Of a stretch of DNA of 64,000 nucleotides, positions 1 through 21,559 are shown in pieces. Under the pieces are notes generated by a model. That model was not told the origin of the DNA and made no database searches. It saw nothing but the letters and a program-made list of their open reading frames with translations. The translations under genes and the position numbers were made by a program. The DNA is from the human T2T-CHM13v2.0 reference genome, Homo sapiens. Numbering within the stretch: position 1 is the stretch's first letter; each line of letters begins with the position of its first letter. The stretch lies in assembly GCF_009914755.1 (NCBI RefSeq), contig NC_060944.1; one strand, written 5' to 3'.

Positions 1-182
1 CCTACCGAGTAGCTGGGATTGCAGACATGTGCCCCCATACCTGGCTAATTTTTGTATTATCAGTACAGATGGGGTTTCACCATGTTGGCCAGGCTGGTCT
101 CGAAGTCCTGACCTCAGGTGATCCACCCACCTCAGCCTTCCAAAGTGCTGGGATTACAGGCGTGAGCCACCTCTCCCTGGCT
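1..182 (-). mobile_element. Alu (AluS), cut by window start
   Basis: Antisense Alu ending ...gctgggattacaggcgtgagccac. Confidence 0.95.
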
Positions 183-189
183 GCTGCAG

Positions 190-1220
<1,031 letters not shown>

Positions 1221-1244
1221 GGATGGAGGAAGGAAGCATCCTTT

Positions 1245-1562
<318 letters not shown>

Positions 1563-2651
1563 GGAAGCGCCCTTTGAAACGGAGTCTCCCATTCTCCATT
1601 GTCCCTCAGGGTCCAGCTAGCGAGGAGGAAAGCTGTGACGGGGTGCAGGAGTGGAGGAGAAACGTGGCAACTGCCGAATAAACACACCAACCAGGGAAGA
1701 CGGCCAAGGCTGGGCCCAGAATATCTGGAATGGAACCCATCTTCCTTTTGCAGCAGGAAGTGGAGTTGGAAGCTGAGTTGACCGTGGAATTTCCGAGCTT
1801 GGAGGATGTTCGTGGTGAATGCTTTTTTATTTATTTATTTTTTCATTCATGAAGACAGAGTTGGAATGAAGTGACCCCCCTCCCCTGAAACACTCCCTCC
1901 CACAGAGGAAGCGCTTAATTTAGCCTTATGTTCCCAGTTAGAAAATATCCCTGAGGTTTGAAGGCTTCTGCTGGGTTGTTTGTCACCCTCCAACATGGCA
2001 GGATGTGAAAACCAGACCTCTCTGCGTCTTGATTTCAGCCAAGGAGCACCATCCCAACCTCAGTGCCAAGAGGAAGTCCTCTTAGACCACCTATGGCGGA
2101 TGTGGAAAGAGGCGTTGAAAGCCAGCTTTGGGAGCCTTGGGGGACCTCCACCCTGGCCCTTAAGGCAAAGAGAGCGAGTTGAAAATCAGAGAGAATTTCT
2201 TTAGATAATTTCCTACCCACTTGTGCTATGGGTCTGTCTCCCTTGGGATGAGATAGAGAGGGTGCTTCCCCCACATTTGGGGTCAAATGAGAGGGGCATC
2301 TATAGCACCACTCAGCTTGATGTGAGCATTTGTAGCTTGCAAGACAGCAGACTGGTATCTGATTCACTCAAGAGATTTGATTTGTGATAGGCTATGAATA
2401 GAACTGATGGCCAGGGGCCTGAAAAGAAGTATGACTGTGTTTGGGAAGTAACTGCAGCCTCTGGGGTGGTGGGTCAAAGGGGCTAATCTCGTAGCAGATG
2501 TGGCCATACACAACAGATAAAGAGGATTGTTTAGATCCCTCCCAAAAGGGCTACCTGGTGTAAGGTGGTGATCCCAGCACAAGGAGCCTTGAGGTGAACC
2601 ATCCTTAATACCTGGGAAGAGGTGGCTTATTCCAGATAAGAGATGGCTTTA

Positions 2652-2990
<339 letters not shown>

Positions 2991-3165
2991 GAGATGGCTT
3001 TGTAAAGACATTCTAAGCAAGAGATAGACTGGGACCTCAAGACTTACAGGAAGGGTTCTTGGCTACACAATGATTAGAATACAGCTGTTGCCTTCATCTC
3101 TATGCCTATTATTTTATATGCCCTCAAGGGAATTATCATTAAGCTGAATAAAGACAGATGTCACA

Positions 3166-3501
<336 letters not shown>

Positions 3502-4101
3502 TCAAATGTTAAAAAAAAAAAAAAGACATTCTTTGGGTGGAGTTACTGAAACATCAAATTGAGCATGAACAAATAAACCTGTAACCTTCTAAGTATTTGA
3601 GAAGGCTGGATTGCTAAAGAAACTCCAAGCCTGGTCTGCAACCCTGAAAGTAACCCCTGGTCCCCCAGACCTGCACCATAGGAAGCCAGCTGTGAAGGCT
3701 CTGCAGAATGTAGGAAGTGCATACATTCCAAAGCCCGCTTGAAATCGAGAATAATTAATCTCCAAGTAGTCAATGTCAAGGTCAAAGAGGAAATGAGCAG
3801 AGTTAAATGGACCAGCCAAGGATTCACTCCATGGTCAGGGAGGGAGTTTCATGATTCTTGCCCATCTAGTGGGACTTAACAATAGTTGTGGACCACTGGC
3901 TGCTGCACAGATTTCCCTTCCCCCATTTTTCAAATTAGAGCTTTTTTGTTGCAGTTATCTGTTTTCACCCCAGCATTGTACACATCCCCACATGTGGTGG
4001 GGACCAGATAACTTGTCCTTTATTTTATAGACCATTGAACACAGAGAAGTTTATCCAGCCCTGACGGAGAGAGCTTCACATCTCCTATAAATCCTGGACT
4101 T

Positions 4102-4424
4102 GGCTAGGCACAGTGGCTCATGCCTGTAATCCCAGCACTTTGGGAGACCGAGGTGGGTGGATTGTTTGAGCCTAGGAGTTTGAGACCAGCCTAGGCATCA
4201 TGGCAAAACCCAGACTCTAAAAACAAAAAACAAAACAGAACAAAAAACATGCAAAAAATTAGCCGGGTGTTGTGGCATGTGCTTGTGGTCCCAGCTACTT
4301 AGGGAGGCTGAGGTGAGAGGATTATCTGAGCCTGGGGAGATTGAGGCTGCAGTGAGCTATGACTGTGCCACTGCACTTTAGCCTGGGCAACAGAGCAAGA
4401 CCCTGTCTCAATCTAAAAAAAAAA
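4102..4424 (+). mobile_element. Alu (AluJ)
   Basis: Diverged dimer with AluJ-type ggattgtttgagcctaggag and gaggctgcagtgagctatga. Confidence 0.92.
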
Positions 4425-4978
4425 ATCCTTGACTTTGAGCTGGAATCATTAATTGGATAAAACTTTAGGATCATCTACCTTCTATGGATGAACAGAAGTG
4501 TTTGTATAGCCAAAGTGGTGGACTTATAGAAAGATTACTAAATTGTACCCTGTCTTCTCCATTTGTCTTTTATTCTACGGTAACAAATAGAAACTTTTAC
4601 TAGGTGTTTGTTCAGCTATAATCCTGTTTCCTGGCTTCTCTGGCAGCTAGATGTGGCCATGTAGCCAGGTCAGTGAGGTGTGAGTGGAAGTGATATGTAC
4701 AATTCCCTGGTTTTATCATTAAAAGGAAGTTAATTTTTATTCATTCTAGTTTAGTCTTCATTTCTGCAGTAAGTTATTTGATTTCAAATTTTCTTGAGTG
4801 CTATCACCTTATTTCTAAATTTTTCTGTTCTGATATGTATTGCTATTTCATATCTTATATAATTTCTCAATATCGTTCAGCTCATTTTGATATAGTAGAT
4901 TACTTTATAAAATCTGTTTTGTGGGCATATCTTTCTGGTGTGTTCATTGTCTGTAGGAATGTTATTTTGCTACGTATT

Positions 4979-6570
<1,592 letters not shown>

Positions 6571-6639
6571 CTCTATTGTTTATTTCTATGTGAAGTTAGT
6601 TTTCCTCAACTTTTAGAAGAAGGCTGACCAGGACTTCTA

Positions 6640-7480
6640 GGAAAGATGGAGACAGCAAGTGACAGTGGGTATCTTTGCCTTATTCCAGAATTTGGAGGGT
6701 CAAAATATAATGTTTCTCCATTAAGTATGGCTTTTTTACGAAGGATTTTTGGTGGATATCTTTCACCAGGTTGGGGGAGTTTCATTCTTTTGTAGATATC
6801 TAGGATTTTTTATCCTTACTTGGTGTGAATTTAATTTAATTTTTCTTCATTTGAGATAGTCTTGTATAGTTTTAAATTTTAATAATTAGGTGACTAGTTA
6901 ATACATTTAAATGTTAGACCATTTCTGAATTCTGGAGGTAACTCTAGGACATAATGCATTATTGCTTTGAACACATTACTGAATACAGCTTGCAGAATTT
7001 TATTTTGAATTTTTATATCTATATTTATGAATGATATAGGTCAGAATTTTCTTTCTCATTTTGTTCCTGTTTGGTTTGGGTATCAAAGTTTTTCTAACCC
7101 CATTAAGTGCATTGAGGCATGTTCTCTTCTTATTTTCTGGAAGAGTTTTATGAGATGGGAATGATCTGTTTCTTAAATACTTTGAAGAAACTGCCTGTGA
7201 AAACATCAGAGCCTATTTTTTTTTACAAGGTAGATTTTTAAACTTCTGATTACATTTCCCAAATGATTATAAAATTATTTAGCTTTTCTATTTCTTCTTG
7301 AGTCAGTTTTGCATGGATCTATGTTCCAGGGAGTTACCCATTTTCATCTAAGTTTTTAAGTTTAGTGGTAAAAATTTATTTGTAATTTATAATGGTTTAT
7401 AGTTTAAATTTCTGTTTTTTTTCACCATTATGCATTGCTTTTTCACTTTCCTTATTGTTAAGTTGTACCTTCTTTCTTAT
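6640..7480 (-). mobile_element. Old L1 (L1M-type) ORF2 fragment; further pieces at ~7780-7920 and ~8600-9400
   Basis: T-rich antisense L1-like text (gacagtgggtatctttgccttattcc, ttttctggaagagttt, atttcttcttgagtcagtttt). Confidence 0.7.
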
Positions 7481-7496
7481 ATGTTTCGTAGATATT

Positions 7497-7775
7497 TCTT
7501 TATTTTAGAGATGTCGCTCTGTCACTCAATCTGGAGTGCAGTGGCCCAATCTCACCTCACAGCAACCTCCGCCTCCTGGGTTCAAGGGATTCTCCTGCCT
7601 CAGGCTCCCAAGTAGCTGAGATTGTAGATGCATGCACCACACCCGGCTAATATTTGTATTTTTAGTAGAGACAAGGTTTCTTCATGTTGCCAAGGCTGGT
7701 CTCGAACCTCAAGTGATCCTCCTGCCTTGGCCTCCCAAAGTGCTGAGATTACAGGCACGAGCCACCTTGCCCAGC
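7497..7775 (-). mobile_element. Alu
   Basis: Antisense dimer. Confidence 0.93.
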
Positions 7776-7934
7776 CATTTTATTTAATAATTTAGGTATT
7801 TAATATCTAAATCTTATTGTTTTATTTTTTCTACTTTCTTTGGATTTGTTCTATTATTCATTCTTTCATATTTAATGTTGGCTACATCACTCAATAATTT
7901 TCAGCCTTTCTTTTTTTTTTAACATTACCATGCA

Positions 7935-8394
7935 TGGTTATACATCAGTCTTACATCCTCCTTCCTAGAGGCAGCACCTGCTATAGGTATTCTTGTACGT
8001 GTGATGTATTTAAGGAGGGCACTCAGAATAAGGGAGCAGAGGGGAGATGGATGAAGAAGAGGAAGGAGTTAAGCAAGGATGTGTGTTCAGCTGGAGTCTA
8101 GCCTTGGCTTGAGCCCAAGATTCTGGAGTATGAATGGCCGTGGAACTGGTCCTTCCTTGAGGCAAGTGGGCTGGATTTTGTATCCCTATTTGAGTCAGTG
8201 ATTGGCTGCAGACCACTGTGGAAGTGGTGGCTGGCACATAAAGTCCAGGTGAAGTGGCTCTCATCAACTGAGGGCAATTCTATGGAAAAGAGCAGTCACG
8301 GAGCTACTGGCAGGCAACACTCACAGCAGCCAGAGGATGGGCACATTGACCTGTTATAGGGGATATGGTTGGGGCACCAATAGCAGCTATTACA
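7935..8394 (-). mobile_element. ERVL solo LTR (LTR16/LTR33-like)
   Basis: Ends ...ggggcaccaatagcagctattaca (TG start on - strand); aagcaaggatgtg...cagctggagtctagcc body. Confidence 0.6.
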
Positions 8395-8414
8395 TCCAAT
8401 AAGATATAGTATTT

Positions 8415-8540
8415 TGGCTGACTACAGTGGCTCACAGCTACTATAATCCGAGCACTTTGGGAGGTCGAGGCAGGAGGATTGCTCTAGCCCAGGAGTTTGA
8501 CACCAGCCTTGGCAACAAAGAAAAAAGAAAGAAAAAAGAT
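8415..8540 (+). mobile_element. FLAM-like Alu monomer
   Basis: Left-arm sequence with A-rich tail; aagatatagtattt flanks. Confidence 0.8.
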
Positions 8541-8709
8541 ATAGTATTTATATAATACTATAATACTATAATGTCTCAAAGAAAAAAAAGATATAGTATT
8601 TTTATAATTTCATATTTGTACTATTTCGTTATTTATTATAGATTTATTATTTTATCTGTAACACTTAGAAATGTGTTTGAAAGTAATTTATAAATGTGTT
8701 TCTTAGTAA

Positions 8710-9071
<362 letters not shown>

Positions 9072-9748
9072 AAGAGAACATTTATGATACTCATTCTTTG
9101 CTATTGGTTAGCTATTGATTGCTCTATGGTCTATTATGTGGTCAATTTTTGGAAATATTGTGTATGCACTTGAGAAGAATAATGCTTTTTTTTGTTTGTT
9201 TTGCTGGGTGCAAGGTTCTATATATGCCTTTTAGATCAAGCTTACTAACACAATTGTTCAAATCACCTGTATTCCTTAAAAATATTTAATCTACTTAGTT
9301 CTCAGTTATTGAAAGAAGTGTGCTAAAAATTTACACCAAGATAATGGATTTGTCAATTTCTGCTTATAATTTCATCAAATTTTGTTTGACTTATATTTCA
9401 CCAATTCTTAGGAGTAGCCCCTAGAGAAGAAATGTCAGATTACTTTTAGTTAGATGGCAGTGGAAATGAGGAGAAACTGGGAATAATATTTTCAATGTGT
9501 TGGGAAAAAAATTCATAGAATTTTATGCCCAGCTAAAACATCTTTTAAGAAAGAGGTGAAAAAAGGCATGTTCATAAAACAAAACATCTAAAATATGGGT
9601 TTACCCCCAGCAGAATGTTACAAAAGATTGTTCAGCAAGTCCTTTAGATAGAAATAAAATAAACTCAGATAGAAAGTCTCAGATGCAAACAAGAGATAAA
9701 GAGAAAAAATAAAGGCAAATATGTTTTTCCATCATATTTACTTTGTAG

Positions 9749-10070
<322 letters not shown>

Positions 10071-10450
10071 GACACGGCCTTTTCTAACGGCTCTGCCTCT
10101 TGCCCAATTTTCAGAAAGGAGCATCTGAAGTGGAAACAAAACCACTGTCACCAAATGCTTTGCGGGGTTGAGAAAACAGTAATTTCAGGCTAAAACATTT
10201 GCTGCCATCAGAAAGACTATGACTACCTTTATTTTGAAATATGTGATGGAAACCTAAGAGAGAAATATGGTTTAAAGGAAACACATGATAGAATCATTTT
10301 GAGGTTCTTCTATTTTAAAAACTCTGGAATATAAGAATAACTCTCAAAATTCACTGATAAGAAGACAACCCAATAAAAATGGGCAAAGGATTTAACAGAC
10401 ACTTCACTGAAAAAGATACAGATGACAATAAAGCACATGAAAGAATGCTG

Positions 10451-10766
<316 letters not shown>

Positions 10767-10875
10767 TTATGGAAATGTAAATTAAAACTACAATGAAATG
10801 TTACTATACACCTACTATATGACCCAGCAATCCAAATTCTAGTATTTATCCAAGTGAAATAAAAACTTATGTTCT

Positions 10876-11052
10876 GAGCCAGGTGCAGTGGTGCATGCCT
10901 GTAGTTCTAGCTACTTGGGAGGCTGAGGCAGGAGGATCGCTTGAGCCCAGGAGTTACACGCTGTAGTGCACTATGATTGTATCTGTGAATAGCCACTGCA
11001 CTCTAACCTGGGCGACAGCAAGACCCTATCTGTAAAAACAAACAAACAACAA
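10876..11052 (+). mobile_element. FAM (fossil Alu monomer, 7SL-derived)
   Basis: Monomer retaining 7SL-like gctgtagtgcactatg...ctgtgaatagccactgcact; TSD aaaactta(t/c)gttc. Confidence 0.8.
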
Positions 11053-11989
11053 AACTTACGTTCACACATAAATCTGTATGTAAATGTATATGGCAGCTTC
11101 AGTCATAATCTCTCCAAAGAGGAAACAACTCAAATGTCCTTCAATTAGTGAATGGATAAACTGTGGTATAACCATATAAAGGAATACTACTCAGCAATAA
11201 AATATGAACAACTAATATACACATTGGCATGAATGAATCTCAAATACATTAAGCTAAGCGAAAGAAGCCAGACTCAAAAGGCTACACATACTGTATATTT
11301 TGGAAGAGGCAAAACTGTAGGGAGGGAAAATAGGTCAGTTGTTTTCAGAGGCTGGGGGAAGGGAAGAAGTGATCACACAGGGGCATGGAGGAATATTTTG
11401 GGGGTGATGCGACTCTTTTATATATTGATTCTGGTGGTGATAACATAACTGCGTGAATGCATCAAAACTTGCAGAAGTATACACTAGAAAGAGTGAACAT
11501 TACCCTATGTAAATTATACCTTTAAAAAAAGAAGAAAAAAATCGAGGCATCCTCAGGGTATTTTATAACCTCACTCTCTTCAACATGGAAGTAAATGATG
11601 TTTATTACACACTCCTGCAAACACATACCCACACCCCCTCCCCCCACCAAAAACGCTGTTTGTTGTTGAGTCAGATTTCCAGAACCACTTCCTCTAGCCC
11701 TCTCTGACTTTTTAACAGATGACTTTTCCACCTACTTTACCAAGAACTGGATCAGATGAACACATCTGACCTTTCTCTCCTCTGTCTCAAATTTCCTCTC
11801 CTTATTCATGTGAAAATACAAGATGACCTCTAAGAACCTCCAAAAGTTTGCATTCTAGTATGGAAAATAATTTTAAAAATTATTAAAAAGTACTATAAAC
11901 TCACCAGAAAGTATAGTGACTTGGTAGTATGACCAGACGCTGGCATACCTTGATATTTCAGGACCATTTGAAGACTCTTCAACCATTTA

Positions 11990-12490
11990 CAGTTAAGTGG
12001 AAGAAGCCAATGTGAAAAGGCTACTTATTGTACGATTGCAACCCTAGGATATTCTATGAAGACGGTAAAAAGATCAGTGGTTGCCAGGGGCTCTGGAGGA
12101 GGGAGGGACGAATATGTAGAACATAGGAGGTTTTTAGGGCAGTGAAATTATGATATGTAATTATGATATGATATGTAATTATGATATGATATGTAATTGT
12201 ATGATATGTACGATATCATAATGTTGGATACATATCATTATACATTTGTCAAAAACTCATGCAATGTATACCAAGAGTGAATCCTAATGTCAGTAGAGAC
12301 TTTAGTTAATAATAATACATCAATATGGGCTCATTAACTGGAACAAATGTACCACACTAATGCAAGATGTTAAAAATAGGGAAGATTGGGAGGAAGGTGA
12401 AGGAGTATATGACATCTCTCTGTACTTTTTACTCAGTTTTTTCTGTAAACCTAAAACTGCTAAAACAAAAATTTACTAATTAAAAAAAAG
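11990..12490 (+). mobile_element. Old L1 (L1MB/MC-like) 3' UTR with internal AT-rich tandem repeat (12146-12215)
   Basis: aaaagatcagtggttgccagggg; ctctgtactttttactcagttttttctgtaaacctaaaactgct; ATGAT/ATGTAATT repeats. Confidence 0.8.
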
Positions 12491-12587
12491 TGGTATAGAA
12501 GGGTTGAACTTTAGACGTGAAGTTTTAGGAATACTTAACCCATTTTATTTTGCTTATTTCCTTCTTATGTATGCACAAGAGTGATAA

Positions 12588-12993
12588 GCCATAATTCATT
12601 GATTCTAAGACACACAGTAAAAAAATTCTTTCTTCCTTTTTTTCTGAGACAGGGTATCACTTTGTTGCCCAAGCTGGAGTGCAATGGCACAATCACAGCT
12701 CACTGTAACCTCGACCTCTCTGGGCTCAGGCCATCCTCCCACCTCAGCCTCTCGAGTAGTTGGGATTACAGGCACACACCACCACGCCCAGCTAATTTTT
12801 CTATTTTTTGTAGAGATGGGGTTTTGTCATGTTGTCCAAGCTAGTCTGGAACTCCCTGGCTCAAGTATCTGCCTGCCTGGGTCTCCCACAGTGCTGGGAT
12901 TACAGGTATGAGCCACTGCACCTGGCCAAAAATCTTTCTGAAATCAGATTGCATCTTAAAATAGATGGAATTTTAGATTTGCTAAAATATGGT
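12588..12993. mobile_element. Tc2/MER104-like DNA transposon remnant split by an antisense AluJ (12630-12927)
   Basis: ccataattcattgattctaaga...ttagatttgctaaaatatgg terminal-inverted-repeat-like ends around the Alu. Confidence 0.55.
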
Positions 12994-13160
12994 ATGATAA
13001 AAAAGTATGATAAAATATGTATGTTTAAGATTTCTTTCAATAAGTATAAAATAAAAATCTAAGATTATAAAGTATTGTGTCGGAATGATAAAGGATTGTG
13101 TCAGAATTTAATTGGCAATATTTTTCCTTTTAAGTGGGGGTTAAAATAATAGTGCATCTT

Positions 13161-13453
<293 letters not shown>

Positions 13454-13644
13454 GTGTGTCTCACAATTGATGAAATTGATCAAATTAGATGAAATATGAT
13501 ATAAGTTTAAACCAAAGAAGCCGATTAAATGGATACATACTTAATTTATCTGTTGTTGCCTCTGGCAGTAGGGATCCAAAGGAGACTACAATTTGACTTG
13601 TAGTGTTTCATTTCTTGTATTTATTTGCTTTTTTGATTTTATTG

Positions 13645-14105
13645 ATTTTTTTTTTTTGAGACCGAGTCTTGCTCTGTCACCCAGGCTGGAGTGCAGTGGT
13701 GCAATCATAGCTCACTGTAGCCTTGAAATCTTGGCCTCAAACGATCCTCCTGCCTCGGCCTCCCAAAGCTCTGAGATTACATGTATGAACCACTGTGCCT
13801 GTCTACAAAAAAAGAATGACAAGGCAAATGACATATAATGTTCACAATAATCATATCTGAGAAGCAGGAGCATGGTGTTTGTCTTTCTTGGTTATTTTTA
13901 TTTTATTTTCTGTATTTACAGATTTTAAGGAACAAAACAGAAATGCCTGAAAAAATAATACTGAAGAGACTGAGTGTGGTGGCTCACACCTGTAATCCTA
14001 GCACTTTGGGAGGCAGGAGGATCGCTTGAGCCCAGGAGTTCAAGACCAGTGTGGGCAACATAGCAAGACCCTGTCTCATTAAAAAAGGAAAAAATAATAA
14101 TAATA
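13645..14105. mobile_element. Deleted antisense Alu (13645-13802) and sense FLAM (13968-14105)
   Basis: Alu-derived monomer-length sequences. Confidence 0.85.
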
Positions 14106-14199
14106 CTGAAGAACAACAGCTCAGAAACCTTCTTGGAGCAGCCTGCCAATCACCAATTCTATTTGCTGGGGAGTATTCTTAGGCAATTGAAGAATGATA

Positions 14200-14810
14200 G
14201 AACTTGAGGGAGGAAAAGACAGGCAGGCAGACACAAAGGACAAATATCGTGTGAGTCTGCGTATGTGAGGTGCCCACCATAGATTCATAGAGACAGAAAG
14301 CAGAATAGTGGTCACCAGGGGCTGGAGGTGGGGCAGGGGGGTGTCATTGTGTAAAGAGCACAGAATTTGAGCTTGGGTTAGTGAAAGAGTTCTGGAAATG
14401 GATAGTGGTAATGGACACACGAATTGTGAATACACTGCATGCCACTGAACTACACACTTAAAAATGGTTAACATGAGCTGGGCGCAGTGGCTCATGCCTG
14501 TAATCCCAGTGTTTTGGGAGGGAGCTTGAGGCCAAGAGTTTGAGACCAGCCTGGGCAATATGGGGAGACCCTATCTCTACAAAAATAAATAAATGAATAA
14601 ACAAATAAATAAATAAAGCCAGGTATGGTGGCACACACCTGTAGTCCCAGCTATTCAGGAGGCTGAGACAGGAGGATGGCTTGAGCCCAGGCAGGAGGAT
14701 GGCTATGATTGTGCCAGTGCACCCCAGCCTGGGCAACAGAGCGAGACCCTGTCTCACGAAAGATTAAAATGATAAATGTTGTGCTTTGTATCTTTTACTA
14801 CATGCACACA
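14200..14810 (+). mobile_element. L1M 3' end interrupted by AluJ (14477-14765)
   Basis: agagacagaaagcagaatagtgg; gccactgaactacacacttaaaaatggttaa; Alu with (AAAT)n middle. Confidence 0.82.
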
Positions 14811-14829
14811 CACACATGTTGGGCAGAAG

Positions 14830-15250
14830 AAATCAAGAATTTTATTTTGGCCATGTTAAGTTTGAGGTGCTCAGGAGGTAGTTTGATAAAAATCCAAGCT
14901 CTAGCGAGTGACCAGGGCTCTAGACGTAGATTCAGCAGACACCACGTTGAAGCCATGGGGCTAGCGAGAGTGTGGGGAAGGGGAGGCAGTCAGGACCAAG
15001 AGGGGCCCTCCCACATTCAGAGGAGCATTGTCCCGTGAGGCAGGAGGAAAACCGGGAGAGTGTAGGGTCCGAGACGTCTACAGCAGAAAGCCTTCCCAGA
15101 GGGAGGCAGCGGTCAGTGGACTGGATGTTTCTGAGAGATTGAGCGAGGTGGGGACCATCGGATTTGGCCACGTGGGAGGTGCTGGAAAAGGAAGCTGGCC
15201 TGCAGTGGGCTGGGAAGGAAGGAGCTGGGGATGGGAAGGACCCACAAGCC
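14830..15250 (-). mobile_element. LINE-2 fragment
   Basis: aaatcaagaattttattttggccatgttaagtttgaggtgc, typical antisense L2 text. Confidence 0.6.
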
Positions 15251-15613
15251 TTGAAGAAGGTTTGCTGTGAATATCACGGAGGAGGGGCGTGGTCGCTGGA
15301 GGCAGATAAGGAGGTTAGGGTAACCTTGTTTTGTTTAGATGAGAGCGGCTGGAAAATGTGTGTATTTTTATGGGAACAGTCCATGAGACAGGGAGAGATG
15401 GAAGAAACAGGAGAGGAGGGAGAACTGAAGGAGGAGGGGCACAGTGGAGTGAATGGCTTTTGCTAGGAGCAGGATGCCTCCCGTGTCTCAGAAGGGACAG
15501 CAGGGTGGGACAGACAGCCCCTAGGACAGGGTTGAGTGATTTCCCCAGCAGCGCTCTCTCTCTGAGAGCTCTCTGGGGTGTGTGCAGAGAGCGTAGTAGG
15601 TGGGTCTAACTCC

Positions 15614-15791
15614 ATCAGTGATTCTCAAAGTGAGCTTGATGGGCGAGCAGCATCGGCATCACCAGGAAACTAAGAAATGCAAACCGTGGGGCACCACCCC
15701 AAACCTACTGGATCCGAAACTCCGCGGGCGGGGCTCAGCCATCTGTTTTTCACAAGCTCTCCAGGTGATTCTGAAAGTTTGAGAAGCACTG
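15614..15791. mobile_element. MER5A (hAT-Charlie) DNA transposon remnant
   Basis: cagtgattctcaaag...agcagcatcggcatcacc...ccaggtgattctg...aaagtttgagaagcactg with terminal inverted repeats. Confidence 0.8.
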
Positions 15792-17840
15792 AACTAGGGC
15801 GAAGGAGCCCAGCGCATGCAGATGACCCAAAACGTCTGGATGAGAATGGCTTCAGTTCTTCGAGGAGGCAGAAGTTCATGTGGTATGAGCTCCAGGGGTG
15901 TCTTCTCTCTTCGCCAGGGACAGAACTATAAGTAAACCCTGGAAATTTCCAAGCATGGAATGCCATTCAGAGGAACTCTGAATCTTTCTAATGAAGGATT
16001 ATTTATCAAGACAAACAACACACTTCAATGTACCTATTCTTTTTCCACGCCTGCATTTGAATATCAGGTTTCACCTATCTTGATCTTTGCTCCTGCCAGC
16101 AGTGATTTGAAAGGACCCTGGACTCTGTCTCCCTGGGTCACCTCTTTCAGGGTTGTCCCGAAGACCTTCTTGTGGCCTGGTCCATCTTTCCACATGGCTC
16201 AATTCCAGTTTTCATTTCTGTTGGGAAATAGCAGTGACCTGGCTTGGCCATTCTCTGTGGGAGGCCTTTTTCTTCTCTGCTGAAATAAAGACAAAGATGA
16301 CTCAGCCTCTCCCAACCTCCAGGATTTCCCAGTCCTTCCAGTGACTCAGAGGATGGTCTATTTAATGGGTAACTAACAGCTCCTCCCAGGAAGTTGGCGG
16401 CCCCAGCCTCCCCCTACCTGAGTCACCAGCTCTGGGATGCTCCCATCAAGGCACAGTTACCTTCGAGACCAGGGGAGGCAAACCAAGAAAGATCAGCAAT
16501 AAGTGGATCAGGAAAGAGGACAGAAGCTGAAAGGCTAGATTTGTTCCTCATTTGCTGGCGGCCTTGGGTGGACCAATGGAGGGCTCAGTGTCCCTATTTG
16601 AAAATGGAGAAATTGTGTATCCTCTGATATCATAGCTGCCCCAAAGGAGAGAAGATAAGCCCAGCCCTCTGGAACTTTTCTGTGCAAAAGGAAGGGAACC
16701 CTGGGGGTGGGTTTATCCTTGAGGATTTCTAGGACAAGCTGTAGCAGGGGCAGGGCATAGCAGGAGAGTGGAGGAAGGTGGGGTGAGGGGCAGGAGGTCA
16801 GATATGGGGTGGGCTGGCCAGGGGCAGGGCCGGAGCGATAAGTGGGAGGCAGGGAAGCTTGGCGAGGAGCAGGACCTGGAGGGCGCAGGGCACCTGGTGG
16901 GAACAGTAGCCCAAGACCTTGGTTTTGTGATGTCCTCAATTTTGCCCTGCTTTCTTCTCCCTGACTCCTTCACTACTTCTTTGCCTTTGCTCTTCTCCAT
17001 TCCTCTCCTCCCCCTTCTCTTTTCTCTCCTCCTTCCCTCTCTCTTGCATCACTGAGAGCATGGAGGCAGCCTTCCCATGGGTTGAGCGTTTCCTTCCTGT
17101 TTAGATAGTGAGTGGCATCTGCTTTTGGAGCAGCCATCGGTCCATCCTGTTTACTTGTTGCTGACCCAGTGGGTTGTGGCCAGCGAGGCCATCCACCAGG
17201 ACCCCCACAGGGTGGAGTGGGAACCAGGGCGCTGACACACACACAGGCATACACATAGCCATGACCAGGTCAGGCTGCCCTACTGGAGTTGATGTTTGGG
17301 ATGCTGTGGGATTGGCAGCTGGGCCGAGGTCATCTCCTGTGCTGTTGACACGGATGCCCCAGCCTGCCTGGCATGGCTCAGGGCTCGGAAAAGATCTGAC
17401 TGAGGCTGAGCACGCGGCCTGCAGCTGCTCACAGGGTCAGGGGAGGAGTAAGAAGCAGAAAGGGAGATGCCGGAGGGGCGACATTAGGAGGCACCTTGTC
17501 CGGTGGTGCTGTGATTCCTCATGAAGGAGTTAGAGCCAGACAAGATAAAGGGCTTACAGGACGGGTGCCCTTCACCACACCGCCTCCCTGTTCCACCTCC
17601 CCTGACCGGGCCCTTCCTTAATTCATGTGATTTGAGATGCACTCCTTTGCTTTTCTTGATTTCTCTAAATGCTGTGCAGTGGCTACTGTTCAGGGTGACG
17701 CTGGAAACTGACAAAGTTTCCAGGGGCCGGTGGTATGGGCTGGGGAAGGGGGCAGGCCTGTGAGAGGACAGATGGTGGAGGCGATGGCATTTAAGTAGAA
17801 AGTTGGAGGAACCTGAGGCAAAAAAAAAAGTGCTTGAAAG

Positions 17841-18665
<825 letters not shown>

Positions 18666-19024
18666 ATGGGTGCTCTGATTTTAAGATACTGGCCTATGAC
18701 CTGACTCCTAAACTCTGAGATAAGGGCCTAAGCATACAAAGATTATCAAAGAAAAAATCAAGGAATAAACAAAACTCACATAAGCCGATTCTAGAGGTGT
18801 GGCCTGGGCTGCTCTAAAGGGATTTGTGGAATTACTGAGGTTACCTGAAACTCTCCAGGAATCTGGCCTCCTGGGCTGATTACACACCAAGAATGATGGT
18901 GAAAATCCAGATAGTCCGGGGGACCCAGATCTGCCACTCATTGCTGTGTGGCTGGGCCAGTGCTTCTACTGAAAAATTATTCATTGTCTGCCTGAAATTC
19001 AGACGTAACTGGGTAAACTGTATT

Positions 19025-20691
<1,667 letters not shown>

Positions 20692-20914
20692 GATAACTTG
20701 TATTTTCACTTGCAAATCTGAAAACCTCTCTGAACCGTCCAAAGGACAGATCCTAGCCCCAACTTGAGGCCATCAGCAGCAAACCTGGAATTACTTTGAA
20801 GCCTGGGATTTCACCTTAAAAACTCATATAAATTTCAAGCTCATCTCCATGTTTCTATCCTTGTTTTGATATAAAACAGGTATTAAATCGTCCTGGTTAA
20901 AAAGCAAGTGTTTC

Positions 20915-21559
<645 letters not shown>

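Noticed and set aside
10876-11052. Possible 7SL RNA gene
   Set aside because: Lacks most of the S domain, is diverged, and has an A-tail and TSD: a FAM retroposon
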